64,000 bases of DNA from the NCBI GenBank assembly GCA_965112155.1, contig OZ218103.1; one strand, written 5' to 3'. This document shows, piece after piece, positions 1 through 13,467 of the stretch. Source of the DNA: Podarcis liolepis. Its lineage: Eukaryota. Position numbers and translations under genes: made by a program. The number at the start of each line of letters is the position of its first letter. Positions within the stretch are counted from its first letter, which is position 1. The notes under the pieces were generated by a model. The model saw only the letters and a program-made list of their open reading frames with translations, did not search any database and was not told the origin of the DNA.

Positions 1-844
1 GATGCCCAGGAAGATGGAGCCATGAGCCTTGCACCAGAAAGTGGTAATGTAAATTAACACTAATTTTTGAGAGGGAAAATGAAAAACAGGATTTTTAAAA
101 TTTTTAAAGAAAAGCCTACATGAGATTGAAATCCAGATGCTGTGACCTCAGCTCAGTTCAGTGTTTTCTGTTCAGCTAGATTACAGACATTTTACACAGA
201 CACACTTGTGAGTATCTTGATGTTTCCAAATATGATATTTTCCAGGAAACTCACAGGGGTCTGAACAGATTCTTCCCACTGCTTGCAATTTATCAATACA
301 TAATTCAAACATCTGCTGTTTCTGTATGTTTGGCTGAAGCAAGCTCTCAAATGAGACCAGTAGAAGGTTTGCGTCCTCACATATTATCTGGGCAAGTAGT
401 TTGGCTCTTAACTGCTTCTTCTAATAGAAAGCAGGAGCAGCAGGAGCTCCTGGTATGTCATACAAATGTGATTTAGACATGTCACCAGTGACGGCCCTTG
501 ATGAATTTCATCCGCAGATGCTGCCTACTAGCTTGACTTCCCTTGTATTCTCACCACATGTTTGCCTACATTTTGCATTCTGAAAATGGAACAGAGTTTA
601 TCAGCTGCAGTTCATTTGTGAATGTAACCTTTCAAGATTCAATATTTGTTCATTTCCTAACTGCTTTCTTTCCACTCTCCATTCCTTTCTCATTTGGGGT
701 ACCATGGTAAGGAAGTAAAAGCTAGAAAATCAAACCTTATTACTACACATACTGAGTTGGTCCTTTTAAGGGGTGCACGGTAGTTTCTTATAGCTATGAA
801 GATTGAATTTCTTTCTATGCAGTGGAGAACACCAGTGACTTAGG

Positions 845-872
845 TATTTATTTATTTATTTATTTATTTATT
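845..872. repeat. (TATT)n microsatellite, probably a retroposon tail
   Basis: Tandem TATT run seen directly. Confidence 0.9.
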
Positions 873-1129
873 AGAAAGTTATATTTGCTGCCTTTTGTTC
901 CAGATGAATGTAATGTTCTTTGTTCAGTCCTGTAAGTGTCAGTGTGTCTCTCCTGAGGACTGATCTTAAGGCAGGCATCCAACCAATCTACCCTACAACT
1001 TCTTCTTCCAGCAAAAATGACATGATTTGTCTCATTGTCCATTGTGGCAAAAGGGTATAAAATATTTAAGGAGAAATTTGCTCAAGGCTGAACATTTAGC
1101 TCTTATACAAACAAAACACCGCAGTGCCA

Positions 1130-1332
1130 AAGCTGAGGTTTGCAGGCAGAAAAGTCACAGGTTCAATATGTAGCATCTCATCCCCACCCCCCTCTTCAAG
1201 GAGCTTCAAGTAGCAGATGATGAGGAAACGTACCATTGCCTATGACCCTGGAGAGCCACTGTCAGAAAAAGCAGACAGTGATATGGATTAAAAGAATATG
1301 ATCCGATAAAAGGCAGCTTCCCAGGTTCCTAA
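1130..1332 (+). mobile_element. Degenerate tRNA-derived SINE (Squam2-like)
   Basis: B-box-like CAGGTTCAAT, body ACCCTGGAGAGCCACTGTCAG, 3' end AAGGCAGCTTCCCAGGTTCCT; similar to the copies at 15777 and 45746. Confidence 0.6.
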
Positions 1333-1639
1333 TATTCCTGGTGAGAAATGTTCAGGTACATTTTTTTAATTTTTTTTTAATGTTAATTGGAATGTTGCTA
1401 GGCAAAACAATTGAAACCTCCCCCACACTGTGAAAAACATCAAAAGCAAAAATGCAGAAATAGATGTTTTTGAACTATGCAGTGCCCAGAGACAATTGGC
1501 ACTGCAAATCCTGGGACATATGGGCATTTCAAGGCCAATACTCACAACTGCGGCATTCACAGTGGCCCTTTTCCCCCACTTGCTGCGGCTCCTTGCTCGT
1601 GGCAAACGACTTGTCTGGTTAATTTGCCTGAAGCAAAAA

Positions 1640-2400
1640 CTGGCTGCTTTGCCTTCCATATGTGCTTAGCAAATTAATTAAACCAATGAATGAATCATAA
1701 CAGAAGCTTGCAGGCTAAGATGCCAACGTTCGATCTACGATGCTTGGCCTTTCGAGGATTTCCCCCTTGTAAGTTCTGAACACTGCTGAAATAAAACTTT
1801 TAAAAACTGGATGAATTTATAATGCAATATTTTCTCTCTCCCCCGCCACCTGACCCGCCTTTGGCCTGTGACAATTCTTTCTCGGTTTTTGCTAACAATG
1901 CATTCCAGAGAGCATGAGACGTACAACAGGAACTCAGCTGTCGAAAGGCACAGAGCTGCCTTTCTAACAAGCCTCGGTTTTCTGCCTGCCCCTCTCCGAT
2001 TATATTTTTGTGCTCTCATGATTAGCTCCCGGTAGGAGCCAAGCTATGAATCTCTCCCCAGCCCTGGCTTTTTATTAGTATGGCCCATGCAGGTTTGGTG
2101 AGATGGAACAGCTATAACTCTGAGATGCTGAATAGGAAACCTTCATTTGCATGAAAATGAGGACGCCCTGCTGGCCGCCGTGCACGGATCAACTAATAAA
2201 TATTTGCAGCATTTTGTTCTCATTAAATATATGCAGACACGAGAAGCACAAACAATGTCTCCTTCTGGCACGCAGCCTCGGCGGAAGGCCTGGGGAAGGA
2301 CACTGTGCAACCAAGGAGAGGCTCTTCAGGAATAATATAGAAGAAACAAAAATCCATTAGCTGGGCTGAGAGGAGTCAACCCACACAAATGTTTTTCGGC
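1640..2400. promoter_or_regulatory. Candidate enhancer / conserved non-coding element
   Basis: Repeat-free block with more CpGs than its flanks; SOX motifs AACAATG (1894-1900, 2251-2257), octamer ATTTGCAT (2145-2152), TAATTA (1675-1680). Confidence 0.45.
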
Positions 2401-4403
2401 ATGTAGTGGTGGCAGAAACAGCTTTGCCTAGTTTGGCTTTCAACCCCATCAGTCAGTGACAGCCCCTCGTGCATTTGCTAGAACATGCCTACAAGATGTG
2501 GCTTTTGATATGCCATTGCAGACATGGCTCTCAGATAAATTTATGGTGACTCGCTGAGTGCCAAAGTGGTTATGCAAACAGACTTTGCCTCCCTTGAAAA
2601 TGCAGGGCAGTGACCTCAGATCTGAAAGGCTTCTGGCTCACACAGTAAGATCAGATGCTTGCAGCTGGATCTCTTTCTCCCTTTGCGCTCTGCTGTGGTC
2701 TCCTGTGGCTTGATCCTGTGAGCTGCTGCACTGAAGTTGATCTGACTCACGAGAGCTTGAGCTGTGATCCTGTAGCGGTTTGTGTTGTATTGTAGTCAAA
2801 TAAAAAATGCCCGGGTTCAACCTTACTTGGATAGCACATTCATTTCCCCCTGCCATGATAATAGATATGGAAGATTATGGAAAATCGATTATGGAAAAAG
2901 GTATGTTATCCTGTTGGTTAAGACTAATACTAGCAAACACATTCTCTGAGTACCTTTGCTTATGCAGGCAGCATAGCCCCTTCCACATACATGAGGGAGG
3001 TGTCATCAGGCATAGAGAACTCCCCAATATTTGTAGAAGTGCATATCATGTTTAGGGGGAAATAATGTGTGGAGTGGGCAGCCCGAAACAGCCCAATGCA
3101 AACTGAGTGTGCTCTGTGGCCGTGGAGTGCTGACTGACTGTTGGAAGGAGAATAGAAAACCAGGAGGTGGGGGATATAATGGAACATCCTGGAAGTGCAC
3201 GTGGCTAGCTGGCCAAAACCCTGAACAGGAGTACTCTATACTGCAGCACTCTGTTGCAGGTCCCACTTATATTTCATAAACTACCAATAAAGTGCCATAT
3301 TATGATGTCCACTAAAGACTCCAGGAAGTCTGAAAATGCTACAGAGACAGTACTTTTTTCACGCTGCGCTCCAGTAATTACTTGTCAGTTTCCAGATTTG
3401 AATAGACACTTGTCATATTCATCATTCCTCCTTCACAATGACTAATCATTGATGAGCAATCAAGGTTATGTAGAAATGCAGCTTACACCTACGTCCTAGG
3501 ATGGATGTTGAGACAAGTATTCTGCCTGTGTGGATGTGTGGAATAAGAGTGGGGGGCGGGGAGTGAATTTTGAGTCTGGCAGCCCAGGGGCAAGAAATTT
3601 GAGCTTTTGCAGCTGGCTAGGGAAAAAAGCAAGCTGGGAAGGCTGCTGTTACTTCCAAGGACAAATGCTGTTTCATTGTAAGTGCTTCCTTTCTGTGTGC
3701 CAGCCTGCTCCTTTGTTTCATTGCTAGATTAATCAATTAAAATTTTACTTGATCAATCCATGGAAGCCATTTTTAGTCAGTGAGGACACATTTTAATCAA
3801 TAAGGTCATTTCCTGCACTGGCTCAAAAAGTCACATCCAAATGTTGCATTAATATTCAATGTATCCCTCAATTATGAAATAATTAAATGACAAATTATTA
3901 TGCAACTAATATTCTTTAGTAAGTTGACAGTCCTACAAAAGTGGGAAATGGATTAAAACGTACTCATCCCTATGCAGTATCTAGGAATGCCATGATGAAT
4001 GTCTACCTGTGGCTGCTTATCTTTACATGAGTGTCTCATAACGTTGCACATATCCCTTAAGAGGGCCCAAGTAAATGTTGCAGACAGGCAAAAGGTCAAC
4101 AGGGGCGGAATATAGTGAACAGTATTCTTTACACTTAAGCCAGTCTCAGTGTGGTAGCTGTCATCTAGGTTGATGCATCTATAAGCTATGAGTGCATGAG
4201 TCTTTAAAAATGGATGTGGAAAGCCTGGCTCTGTTGCTGGGCAGTAAGAGATTCATATGCATCCTCGCAAATACCTTGCACTGTGCAGCCCATTCTTCAT
4301 GTGAGCTTTACCTAGAAGGCACTGCACTGTTCACATTTCTTTCGGTGACAGACTGTGCTTTGGGGATATGGACACACATAGGTTTTCAAGGCACATCCGT
4401 CAG

Positions 4404-4450
4404 CACACACACACACACACATGCACACACACACACATGCACACACACAC
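4404..4450. repeat. (CA)n microsatellite, interrupted
   Basis: Seen directly. Confidence 0.95.
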
Positions 4451-5724
4451 TTTCTTTTCTTTAATAGCTTTTAATAATTAAGTCTAGCTGAGAAGCTTTG
4501 ATTGCATTATACACTTAGTGGGTTAATTAGAAACCTCTAAATAAGTTGCAAACTGGTTCCTCCGGACTCGGCCCCTTGGTCATTCCCCCAGCTAAAATGC
4601 TTGATTCTCTGGAGGGCTCGGGTTTGAGAATTGAATGGAAGTAATTGCTCCCAATAAGTAAGACTACAAAGTTAAGTAATTTAATTTTGCCCCCTCCCTC
4701 TTCCCTTAACCCCCAGGAACCAGGAACAGCTGTGTAACACTATCAATAAAAATCCCTTTAAAAGGTTAAGTTGGTGTTCTATTGGAAATGCTTAGAATCA
4801 GGGGAAATCCAGTAAAGACGTTTAGCAGAGTGATAAGGTTCTCAGCGAATGAATGTTCTCCCTCCCCCATCTTTGTGATTGCTTGCATGTCTTCCATGTA
4901 TACCCATGCAGCTAACTTTTCCTTCTTGGAGGGCTCTGCTTCCTCCCAAGAATGCTCCTCTCCCTTATTTGTATTATTGGCAGCACAAGAGGAGATATTT
5001 GCAAAGCAATGGGAGGTGGCTGGCTTTGGAGCCTTTCCTACTCATTGCTTATGATGATTAGCTAGTCAACTGAGATCTCACAAGGTTCTGCAGCATTTGT
5101 GAGATCTTGGCAGCTCAAATCTTATGAGACCTGGGATTCCCCTGTAGTCAGAGCATTCAAATGGGAGCAACAGCACCAGGTGGGAAGTTGTGTCATGGAA
5201 AGCCAGGACAAACCACCAAGCGGAGCAAGGAGCTAGGTAGCAATCACAACCCTCTCCTCCCCTGTTATTGCTCCCATTTTAACCGACATTATAGCAGTCA
5301 ATTGGGGGGGGGGGAGGGAATCAAAGTTGTGGCCATTTAGCTCCAGCACTCCTTAGCTGCCACATAGAAGATGCACATCAGAAAAAACACCTTGACTCAC
5401 TTCTCCACCTTGAAACCAGAAATGCTTTTGGCTCAATCTCCTTATCAATGAAGCATGGAAAAGAGAGGAGTCACAAAAGCCATCCACAGCTTTGCATGAT
5501 TAGAGATGCTCAAAGATTGGCTTTTATTAACCGACTCCTTGCTAGAGCTGCAGGCAGTTTAAAGTTCCTTTAACTGTCAAGCTTATTGCACCTACCTGTA
5601 TGATCACAACTGCCTGCCAAGTTGCTTCTTTTAAATTGGCCACCTGTAATGAAGCCTGGGAGTTTAGTTGCCTTTCGTGCTGAGGATGTTTTCTTTTAAA
5701 AGGTAATCAGTTGTTGTTTTTACA

Positions 5725-5895
5725 TGTGTATCTTTTGCTTCCTTCATAGAGCTCAGAGTGGTGTTTTAGCTTCACAGCACCCCCTGAGATAGACACGCTG
5801 AGAGATAGAGAGCTGCATAGCAAGAAGTCCTAGTAAGATTAATAACTTGACAGGGGTTGCATGTGGGTCTCCCAATCTATGCTCAACATCTTAGC
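5725..5895 (-). mobile_element. Old Squam3A-like SINE
   Basis: GAGCTCAGAGTGG...CTTCACAGCACCCCCTGAGATAG...GGGTCTCCCAATCT, collinear with the better copy at 59159-59391. Confidence 0.5.
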
Positions 5896-6563
5896 AGAAT
5901 TCAAGTCAGTCCACTATCCATCCAGGTAACTGAACCTTTTTTTTTTTTTTGCCAATTGTGTCAGAGTATTTTGCAGTTGATGGGCATTGATGTCCATCTT
6001 CAGCTCCCCCAGTGAATCAATATTATTGATAATACCTCATGAAGCCAATGCAGAGTACAGAGCAGGAATCATCACTCTTGCTCTGGATGGTTTAACACGT
6101 TCACCTTTCTCCATGCTCCTCACACTTCTGTTGGCACCTTGTGAAAGCTTTCACAAAAGGCTTTTCACTTTTCCATTCTATATTGGCTCTCTCTTAAGTC
6201 CCAAACTACCTACCATTCCATAATCACGCTACAATGCATCCAACTGCTCTCTCTCTCTGCTATCAATAACATCTGCTCTTGCTTAATTGTATCAGAACAC
6301 CTGACAAATAGTCCATTTCCCCAATCTCTCCTAATATTCCATTCCTAAGCCATGCTTGAGCTCTCCTTATTACATAGTAGAGACTGTTCCTTCCAGGCAC
6401 TGCAGGAGATAATAAAAAAAATGAAGCACTTGTAGTACTTTCATGCTGTTAAGAACAACATGTTATTTTAGGCCAGGGTTTCTTAAAATTGGACGGCAGG
6501 TCCCCAAACTGAAACAATGAAAACAACAGCAATTGTTGTCCTATATCTGCTGCATACAAAGAT

Positions 6564-6579
6564 CCAGCAGATGGCAGCA
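6564..6579 (+). promoter_or_regulatory. CTCF core motif
   Basis: CCAGCAGATGGCAGCA matches the CTCF consensus CCASYAGRKGGCRSYR. Confidence 0.5.
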
Positions 6580-7731
6580 TGGAATGTTTTTGTGTGTTAT
6601 ATATTCCATTTTGTAAATAGATTTGATGCAGTGTTCAAAAGCATTTTCCTGAAATACAGCATTTTATCCAGAAGAAAGCTGAAAGTAAGCACAGATATCC
6701 TGTTATCTTATAAAGTAACTTGGTTAAACATAAGGTGATCTAGTTCCACTGGAGTAAACGCCAATAGTTCTTGGCAAACACTGGGGTTTCCTTGCAATGG
6801 AAATTAGCTTTAAGTCCTTATAATTATATATGGATTACTATCTATGGGTTGGGGATGAGATAGATGGGTGGATGTGCTGCAGTTGTTGGACATCTGGCCC
6901 ATAGGTCTTTAAAAGGATATTGCCCCCTTTGTTGTTTGGATTCAATGTCTGTAATACCAAACCTATTCCTATGCCATGTCATTTCTTTCTGTAGAAGGTG
7001 TAATATCACTACTTTTCTGATAAGATTAGGGATATGGCTGGAATTTTGCTGGGCTCTAGACAAGGGAAAACTAGCATTTCCACGAGAAGGCAGTTGGGGT
7101 CCCTGTGCATCAGCCCTCATTGAAATCTTGCCACTTGCTATTCTTCATCACACAGAAAACACTAATAGTATTGCTGTGTCTCCACTTGCTCTTGCTTGTG
7201 AGATATTAATGTGAAAGATAATATATTGGCCAGAATCAATACTTTTCCTGACTTAGTAAAGATCACCATCCATCAGTCCCTGCTTTCATTTGATAAAATC
7301 CTCTTATGTCACTTTTACTTAGACTGATGAGATCACAGTGGCCCTTTTGTTTCATGATCAATGGAGCCAAGATGAAATATTGTCCTATAAATTAGCACCT
7401 CTGGATCAAGACTGTGAGATTCCCCCAATGGCTGCCAAGAGGACTCACCAAACATCATAATAAAGCACAGTACAGTCTAATGAGTTAATTAATTTAGAGC
7501 TGGAATTTGCTGCACTAACACATGCTGGGAAGCAGCAATATAATATCCAAACAGTGAAGTACCATGAACTCTGTTTGGTGGTTCCTCAAGAATCTTGAGT
7601 CAAAATGTACAGACTTTAGTCCAAATTATTCCTACACACAGAGGTCAACTAAATATGATGATGAAACACAGGTCACCAAATCAGTTTGTTTTCTCTCTCT
7701 TATAATATGAAGGTGAAACCTGGAAGGCATT

Positions 7732-8700
7732 TGTGTGGACGGGTGGAGTCCCCCAGACCCTGGGTGGTCCCTCTGTGGAATAACGACTCAAGATAACGTG
7801 CTATGGGATTAAAATTGGCCACAACTTTATTATGTTTCAGATGTGGGTAGATCTTGGCTCAGGCATTGGATGTTTATCCCTCCCAGTCCCCCGCCGGGGA
7901 TCTGGGGAACATCAGGATTATTCAGTGGGGGGGGGATGGGCTGGCTCTGGAGAACATATGTTCAAGCAGAGAGAGCCCACCCAAGTTATGCTGTCGTCAC
8001 AGGGGAGAGCAATGACAACCTCTAGGCGTACAGCCAAAGCCTCCCCTCAAACGACCCCTTTAACAGGGAACCCTGGAATTGCCGCCGCAAAGAGGAGGGG
8101 GATGTGGGTCATCGCTGCATGCCCCCCCATTTAGGGAAGATAGACTAAAGGATTCTGCCCAAGGCTTGATACCGCCAAAGTTCTGACGTTTTGCCACGGG
8201 AAAGGCAAACCTGCCAATGCAGGAGAATTTCTTTCCGGCCCTTCAGCAGCGCCCACGTACCTGTGAAGGAAAGGTTAACCTGCAAAAGAAGTCTTAACTG
8301 AGGGTGGGTAGGGTGGGAGAAGCTCTGGAGCCAACTGACAATTCCCAGGTAAGATCCTCCCCCTATTGTGTGGGCAGGTAGTCCTTCCCCCTACCTGGCC
8401 TGATCACCTTGGCAACGCCTCCCCAGGTGGGATTGGGCAACTGGCTGAGGTAGGTGGAGACCTCCAGGTATCCCACCTGGGGAAGGTGAAGCCAAGCCTG
8501 TGCTAATGGTGCCGCATAGAGTCCAGGGGGCTGTGTGTGACCATGCAAAGGGCGCCCCCCATTTAATGTGGGGAGTGGTCATTGTAGCAGATATCTGTGG
8601 GGCGCTTAACCCACTAATTCTTTCTTGCAAAAATTTCTTTGCACTGATTACCCCTCAGTCAGACTCTGAAACTAGAAGTGAGTTCAGTTGGGGGGGGGGG
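7732..8700 (-). mobile_element. GC-rich LTR-like terminal-repeat remnant (solo LTR or DIRS/Ngaro-like; class and right boundary uncertain)
   Basis: Abrupt rise in GC and CpG content; minus-strand polyA-signal block AATAAAGTTGTGGCC (7817-7831); no coding similarity recognised; no clean TSD. Confidence 0.45.
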
Positions 8701-9755
8701 ATTGTATTGGAGAGCAGATGGAGAGAAAATAATTGCAAGAAATAATTGACAGATCTGGAGGAGTTGAGTCACTGCCATCCACTCAGGAGTGCTCTTGCCC
8801 AATCAACATGCAGTTAAGACTACGTTTTGCTGAGCAAATGTCTAGTTTAAGTTTCAGTGCATTCTATAGCACATCCCACCAAAGGATATATTGGAAGCCA
8901 AAGAAGAGAAAGATGCTGCCTTGCAGCAGTGAATCGGATGGGGGGTAGTGTTGCAGACACATGAAGCTTCCACATACCAGCCCCAGCACTGTCCCTTCCT
9001 GTCCCTCTTGCTCAGTCCCTGAAGCACCCACCCTCATGCCCTGGGATGGCAGTAGAGGTAAGAGGGGGAGGTGAATAGGACTTTTTGTCTGTAGCCTTGT
9101 TGGCCATGGGAAACTTGGGGTTCCCTTCCCACACTCTATTCTTTATATGGGGGAAGGCAGAGTAGTATGAGAGTGATGAGCACCCTGAGACACCTTTAAG
9201 ATGCTAGGATTCCTTAGACTGGTCCCTTTGAGCTGTGGGGTCCAGGGGGCAAGAAAGGGACCTCCTCTGAGGCTTGCACTAAAGCCATGGGACTTTGGGG
9301 GAATGTTAGGTTGAAGGTCCTTCAAGACCTAAAGGTATGACCTGCTGGGCAGGGGACAAGTAATAAAGTGCTCCCAGTCTAGGGCAGGCTCAGGCTAACC
9401 CCCATAGCTTAGCTCTTGATGAGGAGGCTGCTAGCTGTCTCCCACCTCTGCCAGTACTTGCACAGTTAGAAATCGCTGCAGATCTCATTTAATAAAATGG
9501 TAGCCCTAGTTATTCATTATCAATCTCTCTCCTCTTTCTTCTGGATACTGGAACAGCAGGGATCCTTCCAGAATCTGATTGGATATTTCCACCTGATATT
9601 ACCTGCTCTTGATTCTCAGATTTGTGTTGGCTTCTCGCCAAAATTATGCTAAAACAAAATCTTTCCAGGTAAATATGATCTGAACAGTTTCTATAGCAGT
9701 GTGGCTGAATCCACATCCTTTGATGACTTCTCTAGAACAACTCTGGTTCATAGTG

Positions 9756-9759
<4 letters not shown>

Positions 9760-9796
<37 letters not shown>
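9760..9796. repeat. (TG)n microsatellite
   Basis: Seen directly. Confidence 0.95.
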
Positions 9797-9799
<3 letters not shown>

Positions 9800-10619
9800 G
9801 GAAAACTGGAATTTGAACAAACTCTGCAGAATCAAAACCCAGGATTTAAATTTGGACTGCATTAGCACAACCAGCTGTAATCAAATGATTTTATATACAA
9901 TTACAACTGTAGTCACATATGTTTGGTCTGATTTTCAGAATCTTTATCTGTGCAAAAATGCTAGCAATGAGCTAGTCTGGTATTTTCTAAAGTTTCCTAA
10001 AGTTCTGTACAAGTTTCATACTTTAAAGTTACAGATAATTTCAGTGCAGCTAGAAGACACACACTTACACACCCACGTTGTGAGCTATTTGGTGAGAAGT
10101 AGTTATTGTGCATACAACAAATGCCAGAGGAAATTACAGAGCTCCTTCTTTTAAACATAGAAAATAACCTCAATCTCTTGAAGTGAGAAAGCAATAAATA
10201 CAATGTGGCCCAAAAAGTTGTACACCATAGGGTAAAGTACATCCTGAGAATAGATACCAATGGATGGATGCTGCTGTTTTCTAGCTAATATGCCCCTGTT
10301 GCATCATTTGCTGTTCAGTGACATTGAAGTATCTTGAAACAACCAGCCTGGATTGAATGATGAATGATGCAGCGCAGCTCGAAGGTTCAGCTCTTTCTTT
10401 TTTTAGCCTGGCAATTTGGCAGGGATTTGTTCCAAACAAGTTTACCGCTGTTCCCAAAGTGTACCAGGCAGGGTTCAAGGTAAAGAAAACTTTGCTGTTG
10501 ATTCTTTTTGTACATAAACCACAGGACTTCACCTTCTTTCTGGCTACATAGCTGCCACTATGTTTCTGTGGTAGCGGAGGGCTAAGAGTTACAGAAACTT
10601 TGGTACCAAGAACTTTGAT

Positions 10620-11625
10620 CATAAGAACATAAAGAGGAGTCTGCTGTGCCAGGCCATCTAGTCCAGTGGAGGCTGGGGTGGCTCAGCACAGTAATTTTTT
10701 GGGGGGGGGCATCCTCCCAATATTTTGGGGGGACCAGAAGGGGTCTGGGCCCTTTGGAATTGGTGCCTATGGTGGACATCACTGCCTCCTGTGCGAGCAA
10801 GTTCCAAAGCTATGTGCTTCCAACATTCAGCTACGTTGGATGTTCATAAATTCCAGCGTTACAAACAGAAGAAGACGCCTTTACCCCGGTATGGCTCCCC
10901 TTTATCACATACACAGCCCAACAAGACAATGACAATAATCCACCAACAGCATACAAATCAATATGGCTAACCTGATCCAAAACACCCACCCACCCCACTC
11001 ACACATGAAAACAAAGATCACCACAGCCAATCACGAACAAACAACCACACCCTAGGCCAACCCCAACCTCTCTCACCACCAAAGGAATGCAAGTGAACAG
11101 CACAAGCAACGCTGACACCAAACCCTACATACATTAAGCATAATAGAAACATCGCCATCCGACCGCACCCCCACCCATCTCCTCCCTCCCCTTTTTTTCT
11201 CCCCCTAATGTCTCAACAAATGAAATGGATTTCTAAAAATGCTACATTGAAAAAATACGAGAGACATTACACATACTTCTGTAAAACGAGAAAATCTTTA
11301 ATAAAAGAAAAGAAAAAAGAAAAGATAAATTCCAGTGTTATGAGAGAGGGAGAACAACTTGCCTCTATTCACTTTGTCAATGCTATGCATGCTTTTATGA
11401 ACTTCGATCATTTCACCTCTTACTTGCCTTTTCTCTAAACGAAAAAGTCCAAAGTGCTGCAACCTTTCTTCATAGGGGAGTCGCTCCCTCCCCTTAATCA
11501 AGGAATTTGCCTTTTTCACAGGTGTTGGGTTGACATCTTCATTGAGTTCTCCATTACCCCAAGGTCTTATTCCTGTTCAGTCACCACTAGTTCAGACCCC
11601 ATGAGCATATATGTGAAATTAAGTT
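10620..11625 (-). mobile_element. CR1 LINE 3' fragment, interrupted by an L1 and a MITE remnant
   Basis: ORF 11298-11519 reads LPYEERLQHFGLFRLEKRQVRGEMIEVHK (CR1 ORF2 C-terminus). 11520-11625 reads NFTYMLMGSELVVTEQE*DLGV. 3' terminus appears as ATAAGAACATAAAG...CCATCTAGTCCAG at 10621-10666. Confidence 0.9.
10862..11324 (+). mobile_element. 5'-truncated L1-clade LINE (ORF2 end, 3' UTR, A-rich tail)
   Basis: 16-bp TSD ATAAATTCCAG(C/T)GTTA at 10846-10861 and 11325-11340; translation QTEEDAFTPVWLPFITY...WLT* (L1-type W-x-P-F-x-x-Y end); AATAAA followed by A-rich tail. Confidence 0.85.
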
Positions 11626-11654
11626 TTGTGATCCAACAATATCATTGTTGTTCT

Positions 11655-11685
11655 TACTACTACTACTATTACTACTACTACTACT
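11655..11685. repeat. (TAC)n microsatellite next to a probable minus-strand L2-type tail
   Basis: Seen directly. Confidence 0.85.
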
Positions 11686-13467
11686 GTCCTGCCCAGGCCG
11701 GGACTCAATGGGGCTCAATATAAATTAAAATAATATATATATTCAATATAAATTAAAATAATATAGCTAAAATACAAAAAAACCTTAAAAAGTATAAAAG
11801 ATGATCCTGAAAAAGTGATTAAACTGATGTTCCTGTGCATCATGGGGATAGGGATGGGTGGGGAACCAGTGCATTTCACTGCAAGAGGGTTGGGGGAGGG
11901 GTCACCAGATTTTGGCCTTGCACAGGGTGTCATAGTATCCAAGTCCACCATTGCTTCTTCCCCCAAGTGAAGAGAGGAAGAGGAGGAAGCCCGGAAGGGT
12001 ACGAGATGCAGGGAGGTGTCTTTTAGTTTTCTTTACAGAAATTTGAGCAAGGGTGCCCATGTAGCCAGGCATCCCAGCATGGAATGTTTATTCCATCCCT
12101 CTCACTGCCCACACTGTGCCCTCCCTATCTGAACTGCTGCCGCCGCCACAGATTGTGTCCCCAAATAAATCTAGGGACCCTATTCTTCAAGCATTACCAG
12201 AGCCCGTCACAGGGAAATATGCAACTGCTCCACTTCCATAATCAGGACTTTGTGTTCCTCGGCTGACAGCGAAGGAGGAGGTAAATAGCTGCTTATTGCT
12301 TTGCTTCTCTTTCCTCTGAAAAAGAGATAGCAGTGAAGTGATGAGTTACACACCTGTCTTATTGAAGGTGAGAGCTTGTAGTGTGATTCTAACATTTTCT
12401 CCCTTTCTTATTCTGAAGGTTATTCTTGCAACTTTAATTGAGATGATATATTAATAGCTGAAATATCTTTCACATTTTTCAGTGGATTTTCCAGAGCCTA
12501 TCATTATTAAAGTGTCAACAGGTCTTCTCTTTCTCTTCAGCTCCAGATGGTGGCCTGAGGTATTATTATTTTTTACTTTAAAATTAGGTGGTTCATAAAA
12601 TAATTATTATTAATAATAATGTTGACTCTTCTGTTAACACCACTGCTTCAAATAAACTCAGCACCTTTCTTCCAATGTTGTTAATAAGGTAGCAACGAAA
12701 CAATAAGAATGAGGGGGCGGGCAAAATGCCTTGGTCTGTGTTGTCAGAATAAAGAAGGAGGTATCATACCCTCCCAACTTTTTTATCCAAACTATTCTGG
12801 ATTCATTTCCTCTTTACCCATACACAATGAAGTCAGGTTTAGATTAGGGATGTGTGATGGATTCCATTTCTGTGAATTCTGATGCAAACTACCATGATCC
12901 GCGCCTACTAGACTGATGTGCAGATTGAAATAAAATTATAATTTGGATTTTGAACGTCTCCAAATTTTGTGGTGCAATGCTTGGCTAAAGAAATATATGT
13001 GCCAAAATGCATCCTTTTGGATACAACCTGTTTTGAAAGGTTTACACTGAGATAATATGTACATTCCTTTAGTAGTGCATCTGGTGCCATTCTAGTAGAG
13101 GCAACTCCCCATTTAAGTGGGGGTTACATTCCAGGCCTCCACACGCATAAATGAAACTCACATAAGTGGAGAGCTTGCTGCAGCACATGCAGCTTCCTGC
13201 CCAACAGCTGTTAAGTGGGGTAGTACAGCAGTAGCAAGAGCTTCCACATGCCATTTTGGAGCACTTGTTGTTTTGGCTCACTGCTGTCCCCTTCGGGCTC
13301 TGGGGAGGGTCTCCTTGTGAGCCACAAGGACTTTCCAGCTCTCTCCCACCATTTCAGGTTAGAACTGAATTATTTATTTATTCCCCAGTGCCACATATAT
13401 ACACGGTCACCTGCGAGTCAATAGCACATAAATTGTGGGTGCCTTCTAGGAAATTATGAGTATCTTT

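Noticed and set aside
9699-10154. 151-aa ORF
   Set aside because: Runs through a (TG)n microsatellite; GTG start; no domain recognised.
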